Shown here: piece after piece, positions 8,666 to 18,276 of the stretch | Position numbering within the stretch: the stretch's first letter is position 1 | Layout: every line of letters begins with the position of its first letter | Source: Vampirovibrionaceae bacterium NZW_1234 | Lineage (GTDB): Bacteria > Cyanobacteriota > Vampirovibrionia > Vampirovibrionales > JAGQHJ01 | Length of the DNA stretch: 64,000 bases | Direction of reading: 5' to 3' | Assembly (NCBI GenBank): GCA_041697335.1 | Contig: JBGUGD010000023.1 | Location: 64,001 to 128,000, forward strand | Program-made: the position numbers and the translations under genes | The notes under the pieces: generated by a model | Seen by the model: the letters and a program-made list of their open reading frames with translations, nothing else | Databases searched by the model: none | Told to the model about the DNA's origin: nothing

Positions 8666-9895
8666 ATGTATACTCAGCCCAACTTTACATTAACCCCACA
8701 AGGAGCACAGCCCGGCATGCTGGGTGCTGCTAACCTGGGTGTGGGCGCCATGAATACAAATGGCCTCACCATGGCCTACGGTCAAAACCTTTATGGCAAT
8801 GTCGCCAATTGGGGCGCTGCGTCACCGGGTATGGTGGCCCAGCCAGGCTGGTCGGACTTACAGACAATGCAAGGTGGGTCGCCATCGACCTTTGGCATGG
8901 CCGCATATCCTGCGGCACAACCCTTGGGTGGGGGCGATATCATGAGCAGTCTGACCGGTGCCGTCAATGTTCAACCCAACAGTTTTCTGGATATTGCCGG
9001 GATTGTCGGGGCGCAACAATCGGCGGCCCTGTTTAATCAGATGCCGCAGATGAACCCTATGGGCAATTTAATGAACCCCTCCGGGATGATGCCGGTTATG
9101 TATGCGATGCCACAAGTCACGCAGCCAATGATGACACCGCAGATGATGATGCCCCAGATGATGCCAATGCCCATGATGCCGCAATTTCAGTTTATGCCTG
9201 GGGCTCCCATGATGACCATGCCCTTTGGCATGTCTCCTCCCACAACAAACACCGCGGTTGATTCGGCGGCGATTGGGGCGGCAGCAATTTTGGCTGCTTT
9301 AAAAGGAGCTGCCGATGGCGGATCTTCATCGAAATCAACCAAGACCTTTGAGAACGCCGCATCCGGAACGAATACTCCGGCTACGGAAAACACCACAATT
9401 ACGGATAACAATCAGTCGCAACAGGCTGTCATCAACAGTCTGAACCAGCGAGTGGGTCAGTTGGAATCGCAATTGGCACAATCCCAAACGCAACTAACTC
9501 AGGCTCAGGCCCAGTTGGCCCAGTTGCAGCAATCACAACAGAATCAATCGCAGACGGGTACCAATTCCACGCAAACCAACACGACCCAGACCAATAACAC
9601 CCAGACAGAAACGACTCAAACCGGTAATACCCAGACAGAAACCACAGAAACCAACGCACAGACGGGAACGGGGGCAACCCAGACCGGCAACCAAACCCCA
9701 TCTGGAGAAACGGGTCAAACCCAAGCTTCGTCCGGAGGAACTCAAACGACACAAGAGGCCTCCCAGGAAAATAATACATCGACCCAACAAACTCAGGAAT
9801 CCAATGCCATTGATGATATGAGCAATGCCGTCAACGCGATGCTCGACAATCTGGATGATTGGACAAATGATGACTCGGAAGTGATTGAGGCATAA
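8666..9895 (+). CDS. hypothetical low-complexity protein (M/P/Q-rich, coiled coil, TQTxx repeats)
   Basis: 409-aa ORF 83 bp downstream of the previous gene, same strand. Confidence 0.85.
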   Translation: MYTQPNFTLTPQGAQPGMLGAANLGVGAMNTNGLTMAYGQNLYGNVANWGAASPGMVAQPGWSDLQTMQGGSPSTFGMAAYPAAQPLGGGDIMSSLTGAVNVQPNSFLDIAGIVGAQQSAALFNQMPQMNPMGNLMNPSGMMPVMYAMPQVTQPMMTPQMMMPQMMPMPMMPQFQFMPGAPMMTMPFGMSPPTTNTAVDSAAIGAAAILAALKGAADGGSSSKSTKTFENAASGTNTPATENTTITDNNQSQQAVINSLNQRVGQLESQLAQSQTQLTQAQAQLAQLQQSQQNQSQTGTNSTQTNTTQTNNTQTETTQTGNTQTETTETNAQTGTGATQTGNQTPSGETGQTQASSGGTQTTQEASQENNTSTQQTQESNAIDDMSNAVNAMLDNLDDWTNDDSEVIEA

Positions 9896-9910
9896 TCGCT
9901 TCATTCAAAG

Positions 9911-10980
9911 GCGGATACTATTGGAAAACCAGAGAGAGAGAGAGTAGACAGCAAAGAGAATAAGAAGAAACAGAAGAAGAGATTGAGAGAATGAATGAAT
10001 GTAGCGAGTAGAAGGTAAAACGTCGAGAAGCGAGTTAAATGTAGGATTGGAAAACAAGAACGTAGGAAAACAAGATCGTAGGAACCTGTTGGAAAACCAG
10101 AGAGAGAACAAAGAACGAAGAAGAAAACGAAGAAGAGAAGAGACCCTAGGAAGAAAGTAGCGAGAGAAAGAGAGAAGAAACAATCAAGGCGATGAAAGAA
10201 GAAAAACAACATCAATAATTAAGGCACGTGTAGGAATGAAAGTAGGAACGGTGAATCGGAAAACAAGAACGTAGGAAACACCCAGTGCTGGGAGACAAAA
10301 GACGAAGAAGAGAGAGAGACGGAAGAGAGAGCGAAAGAGAGAGAGAGAGAAGGAAGAAACATATGAGTGCAAGAGGCGGTAGCGTGACAGAGGAGAGGAA
10401 CTCTCGGAGAGCATCCCAAAGATGCATTCCGATCGCAGGTTATGGTCAATCGACCGGGGCGGTTTCGCTTACGATTCCCTTGGATAGACCTCCATATGGA
10501 TGGTGGGGACTATCCAAAAATGATAGTAACCCAGAGAAAGAGAAGATGATGCAAGAACCAGTCACCTTTGACCGTCATGAATCCACGGAAAACATGGATA
10601 CGTCAATGCACTATGAACCGGACTTCACACCCCAGGGGCCGAATCCTGGATGGATGACCATGGCCTCTCACGCTGTGCCGTTTCTTGGCAGTTCAATCTG
10701 ATCATCAGATCAGGCGTGTTTTTCTGAGTCCTGCATCAGAAACCGGATTTATTGGAAAACAACACCCCACTTCGAAGGAGAACCTGACCCGAGAAAGATG
10801 AAGAGAGAGAAAAAACGAGAAAGAGAGAAACCAACACAATCGGAGAACATAAAAGCGCAGTTGAACCAATCATCTGTAGCGTGACTACGAGAGGATAAAG
10901 GAGAGAGGAAAACCCATGCCCTGCCGATGCGGCAGCGTGGCTTGGTCGAAAGAGGAGAGAGAGGAAACCTGAACCATAAA
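9911..10980. repeat. purine-rich degenerate repeat region
   Basis: Recurring TTGGAAAAC (9921, 10047, 10089, 10753), GGAAAACAAGAACGTAGGAAA (10049, 10258), GTAGCG (10001, 10157, 10379, 10876) and long GA tracts. Confidence 0.75.
10546..10701 (+). CDS. possible 51-aa peptide (MMQEPVTFDR...PFLGSSI)
   Basis: Ordinary-composition ORF between purine tracts; hairpin CTGATC-ATCA-GATCAG at the stop. Confidence 0.35.
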   Translation: MMQEPVTFDRHESTENMDTSMHYEPDFTPQGPNPGWMTMASHAVPFLGSSI

Positions 10981-11052
10981 TAGCCACGTCTCAAGGCTTT
11001 GGTCTACCCGATCATGTTTGAGACGGTTATTGAAGCAAAACCATCACCACAG

Positions 11053-11559
11053 AAAGGAGGCCTTATCGAGCAAACTCGACCGGATAAAGACACAATTACA
11101 CTCTGATAAGAACGGATTATTCTTCCCATTGCGGTACGTCTTTTTGCCAGCCGAAAGGAGGTCCTATCGAATAAATTCGGCCCAGAGTATCATCAATCAC
11201 TCTCAAAACAGGAATTATTCTTCATTGATGTATTGTGTCCACCCAAAACAAAAAGGAGGTCTTATCGAGTAGACTCAGATGACGTCTTATAATGACGCTC
11301 TATAACGGAATTATTCTTCACATTCATGTCCCGACAATCCAACCGAAAGGAGGTCCTACCCCGAGAAAAAAATGACTCTAACATCTACACTACGCTCTTA
11401 AATAAAACGGATTATTCTTCAAAACCCAACGTCACATCCCCACAACCAAAAAGGAGGCCCATCCCCTAGAAAAAAGACTCTAACATCTACACTACGCTCT
11501 TAAATAAAACGGATTATTCTTCAAAACCCAACGTTACATCCCCACAACCGGAAAGGAGG
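11053..11559. repeat. ~100-bp tandem array with two alternating conserved boxes
   Basis: AAAGGAGG at 11053, 11154, 11252, 11346, 11450, 11552; GGA(A)TTATTCTTC at 11114, 11211, 11307, 11409, 11511. Confidence 0.92.
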
Positions 11560-11704
11560 ACAATCACCCAGAAAGAGAGAGAGAGAAAAGACGAAGGACT
11601 TTATTCACGATAAGCGAAGAGAAAAGGAAAGCGAAGAGAGAGAAAAACGAAGAAGAGAAGAAGAAGAAGAGATAACGCGAAGAGAACAGATCCAAGAGGA
11701 TCCA

Positions 11705-12880
11705 TTACGAAGAAAAGCTTTCCTCCATTAATTCACACAGTGTTTTATACACGTAGAGAGACGCCGGCTGTTGCCCAAGCGTCTCTTTTATTTTGCCAAG
11801 CTCCTGGTCGGCCAGTTCTCTCTCAGGGCTGGGCTTAAGGTAGGGGCCAATGGCTTTGGCATAGTTTTCCGGCGTTACGTCGGCCATCATCAACTCCGGG
11901 AGGAAGCCCTCCGGGCGTTCGGACAGAATGTTCGGCAGCCCGATGTGAGTGACATATTTAAAATGCTTGAAGAACCAGTAGGCGATCGCCGACAGTTTGT
12001 AGGAAATCACCGATGGGGTTCCGTATAGCGCAGCTTCCAGGGTAATGGTTCCGGAGGCGGCCAGAATGGCCTCAGATAATGCCAGAATAGCCTCGTTGCG
12101 TCGCTCGATAATCTGGAAGGAAACGCCTTTCAGGGTATTTGTGTATGGGGCCATGGTGGCGTCCAGGAATTCCTGGGTAATTGCCGGTGACTTGGCCAGC
12201 AAAAACTGGAAGTCCTGTTGATGCTGCTGGTTGATGCGAGGAAGGGCTTCCAGCATGGGAGGCAGAAGACTCCGAATCTCCATTCGGCGGGAACCGGGGA
12301 AAATGCCGATAATCGGCTTTTCCGGATCCAGGCCGAATTCGTTACAGAATTTCAACCGGTCCGGTGGCGGTGCCATGGCTTCGGCCAGGGGGTGGCCCAC
12401 AAAAGTGGCCGGGATGGCCTGGGCGTCGTAAATGGGCTTTTCAAAGGGGAAAATACAGAAGACATGATCCACGTATTTCTTGATGCTCTTCAAACGCCAG
12501 CGCTTGGAGGCCCAGACCTGGGGCGGGATATAGTAGAACACGGGAATACCCAGGGCCTTGAGACGCTTGGCCAGATGCAGGTGAAACATGCCATAGTCAA
12601 TCAGCAGAACGGCATCGGGCCGCCACGCGTGTGTGAAATGCCGGATCAGATCATTGGCCAGACGCAGGTGATAAGGAATCGCACCCAGGAACCCGATGCC
12701 AAGCACACCGAGCTTTTCCTGGCGATGAAAGAGGGTTACCCCGGTTTCTTCGATAAACGTGCCGCCAATGGCCTGTATTTCCACATCGGGGCGGTGTGTC
12801 TGAAACTGTCGAATGACACGGGCACCATGCACATCTCCGGATGCATCACCGGTGCTTACAAAGAGTCGTTTGAAGCTCAT
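11705..12880 (-). CDS. lpxB: lipid-A-disaccharide synthase
   Basis: STGDASGD, YYIPPQVWA, IFPFE, FVGHPL, FPGSR and ASGTITLE motifs; ATGA overlap with upstream gene. Confidence 0.95.
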   Translation of the reverse strand: MSFKRLFVSTGDASGDVHGARVIRQFQTHRPDVEIQAIGGTFIEETGVTLFHRQEKLGVLGIGFLGAIPYHLRLANDLIRHFTHAWRPDAVLLIDYGMFHLHLAKRLKALGIPVFYYIPPQVWASKRWRLKSIKKYVDHVFCIFPFEKPIYDAQAIPATFVGHPLAEAMAPPPDRLKFCNEFGLDPEKPIIGIFPGSRRMEIRSLLPPMLEALPRINQQHQQDFQFLLAKSPAITQEFLDATMAPYTNTLKGVSFQIIERRNEAILALSEAILAASGTITLEAALYGTPSVISYKLSAIAYWFFKHFKYVTHIGLPNILSERPEGFLPELMMADVTPENYAKAIGPYLKPSPERELADQELGKIKETLGQQPASLYVYKTLCELMEESFSS

Positions 12881-13764
12881 AAGGCAAGAAAGGTCATGTG
12901 CCACTGATCGGCCAACCGAGTCATTTTGGGCAGATCCAGAACCAGGGTTTTGTGTGCCTCCACCGCCAGCACTTTCAGCCCGGCCTTACGCATGGAGACC
13001 AGGGTCCGGGGGCCGACCGTGGGGACATCAAAACGCTGATCCTGGCCGGGCTTTTCCACTTTGGCCACCACGCCCCCTTTTTTACCGGTCCACTTGCCGG
13101 AGCGTCGAATGGCCTGGTCGGTGCCTTCAATGGCTTCCACGGCTATTACCATGCCGTTATGGACAATTACGGTCTGCCCGATATCCAGGCGGCCCATTTC
13201 CCGAGCCGTGGTCAGAGCAAACTTGATATCGTCCGCCTCTTTATCCGAAGGCGGCCGCTGACTGTACTGCCCGGGTGGGATGAGTGCCGAAGTCAGGTAG
13301 TGGGTCTGAGGGAGGACTAAAATGCCCTCTTGTTCTTCAAACTCCCGAATAATCATCAGCATCACGTTATCGTCGTTCAGCTGACGGCTTTGCCGAAACA
13401 AGGCCATCGCCCGGGCATCCAGAACCGGGTGCCGGAGCAGGACCCACTTGTTGACTTTGCCCCCAAAGACCGCATGGGTCAGGCCGTGCTCATGCATGAG
13501 ACGGAAGTTTTTATTCAGGAGCCCGGGCTTGGTGGGATGGACCCGGTTGGCGGGCAGACGTTTACGAAAGGCACTGACGTTGCCGGGATCCATGGCATAC
13601 ACAAACACGGTCAATCCTTGCGAGAGCATCGTTTCAAGCATCATTACCGGCAGTTCGCCTTCACCGGCAACCAGGCCGACAATGGCAGTATTGGGGTCCA
13701 GGCGGGTATCGGCAGGCATGGCAGTCGCGTTTTCTGTCAGCATTTCAGAGGGCATGGTGTTCAT
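12877..13764 (-). CDS. lpxI: UDP-2,3-diacylglucosamine diphosphatase LpxI (DUF1009 family)
   Basis: GLVAGEGELP, LDIGQTV, AVEAIEGTD and DQRFDVPTVG motifs; adjacent to lpxB. Confidence 0.92.
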   Translation of the reverse strand: MNTMPSEMLTENATAMPADTRLDPNTAIVGLVAGEGELPVMMLETMLSQGLTVFVYAMDPGNVSAFRKRLPANRVHPTKPGLLNKNFRLMHEHGLTHAVFGGKVNKWVLLRHPVLDARAMALFRQSRQLNDDNVMLMIIREFEEQEGILVLPQTHYLTSALIPPGQYSQRPPSDKEADDIKFALTTAREMGRLDIGQTVIVHNGMVIAVEAIEGTDQAIRRSGKWTGKKGGVVAKVEKPGQDQRFDVPTVGPRTLVSMRKAGLKVLAVEAHKTLVLDLPKMTRLADQWHMTFLAL

Positions 13765-14019
13765 ACACAGGCCATGGTGAGGCCGTTCTGGGTTTATTGT
13801 GCTACGACCCAGTGTATCATGTCCAAGGACACCCCGACGGAAATAGGGTCCGAAGAAGCCTAAAAAGAAACCCTCCTGCACGCTGGAAGGCATACAGAAG
13901 GGTAATGACATTCCCAAGTGGGTCTTATATGGGTTGTGACTTGCTCGTGTGGCTTTCTGCTGAACTTTTTACGGATGGGTTTTCTCGAGACGTTTTTCCG
14001 GCAATTTGTTGATACGAGT

Positions 14020-14406
14020 TTATCGGTAAACCATCCGCTCCCGACTGGCATTGATGGCTACAAACAATGCCGAGAACGTAATCAACAGGTGCAACCAGTT
14101 GTCTGCCCGGTTGATATGAATCATGTTAAACAACATGCCCCGATCCGGCGTCATCACAAATCCCAGCAAGGTTACCAGACCGTAGGCTATAACCAGGTAC
14201 CAGGCATAGCCAATGGCCAAGCGGGTCTCTCGGTATCCGGCAGCCCATATCCCAATGATTCCGGACAGAATGTGAATAATATTGTGTGGGGTATTTACCG
14301 CAAAAATGCCCAACAAGCGTCCATCGGGTGTGAGGCCCGGTATAAAACCAAGGACACCGATGAGTAGAAACACGATGCCCATTACAAAGGCAAACGAACG
14401 AACCAT
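14020..14406 (-). CDS. DUF4383-like membrane protein
   Basis: GVLGFIPG, LLGIFAVN..HNIIH and ADNWLH motifs; four TM segments; strong SD. Confidence 0.85.
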   Translation of the reverse strand: MVRSFAFVMGIVFLLIGVLGFIPGLTPDGRLLGIFAVNTPHNIIHILSGIIGIWAAGYRETRLAIGYAWYLVIAYGLVTLLGFVMTPDRGMLFNMIHINRADNWLHLLITFSALFVAINASRERMVYR

Positions 14407-14641
14407 AATCTTACTCCTCCCCTTTCATGGATGACCTGGGTTTCTCCAAACCATGATATTTCTGCTACCACCTTAACGGATGGGGCACTCCTTTTCATTC
14501 CCCAGCTCACGGATGTCTCCTGAGCGTTCAGCCGGATTGCTGATGCCCGCTTCGGCAATCTGTCATGCCCAAGCGCAACTTTTCGGCTTGACCTCCCTTT
14601 ATTGGAGGGTTCCCCTGATGCTGGTTGATGAAAGGAAATTG

Positions 14642-16153
14642 ATGAGAGTTTGTGAGATTCGGACGGCCCTAAAGGCTGTTCCCTCCGATAAAAGGGCCTC
14701 ATATACCCCTGTATTGCCTTTGTCCTCCAGGCCGGTCTCTTCGCCAGTCACGAATGACCTTCGTTTTTCCGGCGCTTCTGCTCGGATTCGTTTGTTGTTG
14801 GCCTTTTCGGCACTTTGGGGCGGTTTGACGGCACTGCCATATCCGGCGGTTACCCTGAAACAGGTGGACCCGAAGGTCCGTCAGGAGCGGATGGCGCAGG
14901 ACGATTTGGCCTTATTTAAAGAACTCTATCAGCTTAAAGCCGAATACAAGACCATCTATAAGGCTTACTCGGCCAATCTGGACAAACGCCAGCAGGCGGA
15001 AAAGGTGCTGCGCAATTATCTGAAATTGCAGCCGGAAACCTTGAAAGCCCTGCACGTTCAGGCCGAAAAGGCTCAGGTCCTCTTTAGCCCGGACTTGCCT
15101 GCCGAGGCATTGATGAGTGAGACGGTTTTCCAGGCTTTACCCGAGGCTGCCCGACAAGATCAGCGTCTGGTGCGGTGGCGAAAGCTCTATGCCAGCCTTG
15201 AGGAAGAAGCCCGAGAATTGTACCCAACCGTGGATAGCCGGTTTAAAGCCTATGCACGCTTTATTGGAGTCAACCAATCCGCCCTGGTTCATGCCATCAA
15301 CCGAAACCGTGTTGAGCCGCCTGTGGCCAACCCGAAGAACCCATTGCCTGATAATGTCAGAACCATGGCCGCCACTCTGCAACAGGATTCCGTCATTCAA
15401 GACGGCTTTACCGGGAGCAATATGGCAATGCGTCAGTTTATCCGAGCCCTCAGCCTTACAGAGTCCATGAACTCAGCCTATAATGCCCTCGATGAAATGC
15501 CCTTGCGCTTGCAGACCTATAGTCCCGAGATCCAAAAGCCAATTTCGACCTTGCGATCGGATCCGGCGTGGAAGCTGCATTGGCAAAAGCGGCACAATGC
15601 GGATCCGTCCGTCACCCGCATTGCCATTTTAATTCCCACGGAAGGCAATGATGCGTTGGAGGAAATGAATTTTGCCGACCAGATGACGCAGCTTAAAACG
15701 GCCTTGACGGATCCCAAAACAGGGTACCGCGTTGATTCGGTGATTCTGCCGCCCCCTGCCCAAAAAGAAGACGGGATTGTCCTTTTTCCGTCCTTTGAAG
15801 GCCGGGTGAACCGGGCCTTTGCCCAGGCTTGCCAGGAGCGGGATAGAATTCTGGCCGAGCGACCCGGGCAGAAGGTCGAGTTTTTTGTGGCCTGGATGGG
15901 CCACGGCGGGGTGGACACCAAGGGCCGCCCGACCCCGCAGGACCCGGATTCCTTGGATTTTTACCGCCAGGGCACCGGTGATTTTGTCCTAGGGCTAAAT
16001 CGCTGGGAGAGCCTCCCCCCCAAAAAACGGCATGCCTTGCTGGCCAGCCTCGGGGGACCGACCTTCGAGCTCCTGATTGCCTGCCACGCCGGAGCCGGCA
16101 TTTGTAAACAAGTTGAGTCACCGTGTAAGCCTGATGCGAGTCGTCTCACTTGA
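14642..16153 (+). CDS. hypothetical protein with C-terminal caspase-like (clan CD) His/Cys motifs
   Basis: FFVAWMGHGG and LLIACHAG; N-terminal LRFSG followed by a TM helix. Confidence 0.65.
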   Translation: MRVCEIRTALKAVPSDKRASYTPVLPLSSRPVSSPVTNDLRFSGASARIRLLLAFSALWGGLTALPYPAVTLKQVDPKVRQERMAQDDLALFKELYQLKAEYKTIYKAYSANLDKRQQAEKVLRNYLKLQPETLKALHVQAEKAQVLFSPDLPAEALMSETVFQALPEAARQDQRLVRWRKLYASLEEEARELYPTVDSRFKAYARFIGVNQSALVHAINRNRVEPPVANPKNPLPDNVRTMAATLQQDSVIQDGFTGSNMAMRQFIRALSLTESMNSAYNALDEMPLRLQTYSPEIQKPISTLRSDPAWKLHWQKRHNADPSVTRIAILIPTEGNDALEEMNFADQMTQLKTALTDPKTGYRVDSVILPPPAQKEDGIVLFPSFEGRVNRAFAQACQERDRILAERPGQKVEFFVAWMGHGGVDTKGRPTPQDPDSLDFYRQGTGDFVLGLNRWESLPPKKRHALLASLGGPTFELLIACHAGAGICKQVESPCKPDASRLT

Positions 16154-16323
16154 TCTTTTTCTCATCAGAATGTTTCGGGGCCATTATTGTCTCAACACAG
16201 TGGCTTCCTCCGGTTGTCGTGAGTTGTAATCAACTTTTTTGAAATCTGTCCGATACTCTAGGACATCATCCAACGGGCCTTGTCCTGGTTCACAATTAAT
16301 CTGAAGAGAGGGGAATCGTCGCC

Positions 16324-16725
16324 ATGGTTAACCCGAGTCAACCCACCGGTCCTTACCGTCCTTCTGAACCTTTAAACCTGGCTTCCTCCCAGACTGAAGT
16401 TTCACCTGGGTCTGTCTCACCGCAACCATCGCCACCTCCTTCACTTCGCCACGACACATTTGAGCTATCCCCATATTTATCGGAGCAAATTCAGCCCATT
16501 GAGAAAGAGCCATCCCCTGCAGTGGAGGCGCTGTCGATTCTATACAACGAGCCGGTGAATACGTTTCCGTGGTACTACCCCATCGATTCCAATACCCACG
16601 TCAGCAAGTTGGAGTTGCAAGACTCTAATCTCTATAAGTTTCAGAATATCAGTTCATTCTCGGAATTACATTATTTGAGTCCCCAAATTAATATTGTGGG
16701 CAAACGTGATTTTTATATCGATTAG
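16324..16725 (+). CDS. hypothetical Pro/Ser-rich protein
   Basis: 133-aa ORF with GAGGGG SD. Confidence 0.55.
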   Translation: MVNPSQPTGPYRPSEPLNLASSQTEVSPGSVSPQPSPPPSLRHDTFELSPYLSEQIQPIEKEPSPAVEALSILYNEPVNTFPWYYPIDSNTHVSKLELQDSNLYKFQNISSFSELHYLSPQINIVGKRDFYID

Positions 16726-16883
16726 ACGTGTTGTAAATTAAAAGAGAATCTCCTTAAGCCATCGGGTAAAGCAGGAGCGTTTTTATCGTGGCCAGACTAT
16801 GAAACTCATGGGGGAAGGTTTTCTGGCTGCCTGCATCGATTGAGGAAAAACCTGATGGGGAATCAGGTGATGAGCCCCATGTC

Positions 16884-17264
16884 TCAGGCTTGTAACGCAG
16901 GCGAGGTTCGACGGTTCAGCAAATATCCCAGCAGGCCTATTGAAGGTGAAAACAGGAATAGGGGTAACCAATACCAGCATCGCCGGGGGTGTCCTTGACG
17001 CACGCTGTCCTGAATCATCCACAAATACACCAACCCGGCGGTCGCCCCAAAATCAATCAAGGTGACCTGATACAAGGGATCATGCAGGGTTTGATGCCAG
17101 AAATGAAAATGGGTCCCGAGAATGCCGCCTTGCTCCTTGAGCCAGGCCTGACTGAAAGGGATTTCCAATAGAATAAACACCACCGTATAAAGCCAAAGTA
17201 AACTTTTTCGTTGTAACAAGGCATCCAACCCCATCGGCCACATCTCCTGAAAAGTTGTAAACAC
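16884..17264 (-). CDS. small membrane protein (DUF2834-like)
   Basis: Three hydrophobic segments; ID...WMIQD and SPSIGLLGYL pattern. Confidence 0.6.
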   Translation of the reverse strand: MFTTFQEMWPMGLDALLQRKSLLWLYTVVFILLEIPFSQAWLKEQGGILGTHFHFWHQTLHDPLYQVTLIDFGATAGLVYLWMIQDSVRQGHPRRCWYWLPLFLFSPSIGLLGYLLNRRTSPALQA

Positions 17265-17625
17265 AGCGAATACAGAGTATCACAACCTTGTGTGACCCTA
17301 TTAATACCATCACGCGATATGTTTCATCTTTTGTCCGAGAAGCAAATAAATCAGGCTCTTGGATAAGGTGTTATCTTGAGCCGACATGTGACCTGGATTC
17401 GTTATTGAAAGGTGATCTAACGCCACAGACAAAATACGTCAGATCAATAATTGAGGGTTTCTATAGGCGAGAATCCTTGAAAGCACTGAATTAGAGGTTG
17501 CTATTAAATATGTCTGACACAAATTAAACTATGAATGTTTTTATAATTATAAGTGATATATTTTGATATGGGCTTTGTAATTACCAGGCGTACATAGGCG
17601 TTATAAACTCAGGAGGGCTTTTTGC

Positions 17626-18276
17626 ATGCCAGACTTTCCATCGAATGTAAGTCGTCGAGGGACTGATCCTTACCTGCAAAACTATACTGAACAAGTCAAT
17701 CGAGCGTATTATGGGGCGACCCCGCCTGCTGTGAAGAGTTCCAGTGAGGAAAAAATTGCAGAGTCCCGTGCAAGACTAGGCTTATCCCCGTTGATAACCA
17801 AACCGGCGGTAAAGGAACCCTCGTCTTCGGCTCTCCCAGGTGTACCAACGGGGGTTGGGGAAGCCATTACGACGGGAGAAAATTTATTGCCCAAATCGAA
17901 TCTGGTGAAAGGCCTCGGAAAGACCGTTTCTTACGTGGATGGTGCGATTAATGTTGTCAATATTGCCAAAGGCATCGCAGAGGGTAACAGAGGCCAGGTG
18001 GCAGAAGGCGTCTATAACTTAGGAAAGGCCACCTTGCCGCCCAATATTTCAGGTCCCTTGATCGTTGGGGAACTCTTGGTGAATGATCCTGCTGTTCAAT
18101 TGGAAATGGGTACTGTTCGAACCCTTGGTGGATATATGCCTGCACCAGGAAAAACCGTAGAGGACTTGTTGCCTCAGACAAGACGTGCAATGGCGAATTT
18201 TAATCTGAATAAGACGCCCTACGATCCACCACCGCGACCGGCTCCTACTCGGCACGAGACGTTGAATGGCGATTAA
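17626..18276 (+). CDS. hypothetical protein
   Basis: 216-aa ORF; SD AGGAGG; AT-rich upstream region. Confidence 0.75.
   Translation: MPDFPSNVSRRGTDPYLQNYTEQVNRAYYGATPPAVKSSSEEKIAESRARLGLSPLITKPAVKEPSSSALPGVPTGVGEAITTGENLLPKSNLVKGLGKTVSYVDGAINVVNIAKGIAEGNRGQVAEGVYNLGKATLPPNISGPLIVGELLVNDPAVQLEMGTVRTLGGYMPAPGKTVEDLLPQTRRAMANFNLNKTPYDPPPRPAPTRHETLNGD

Noticed and set aside
9901..10994. F/L/S-rich minus-strand and R/E-rich plus-strand ORFs
   Set aside because: They arise because GA/TC tracts lack stop codons; several overlap in all frames.
11053..11559. CRISPR array
   Set aside because: Conserved boxes are only 8-13 nt, two types alternate, two units are near-identical throughout, and no cas genes are in the window.
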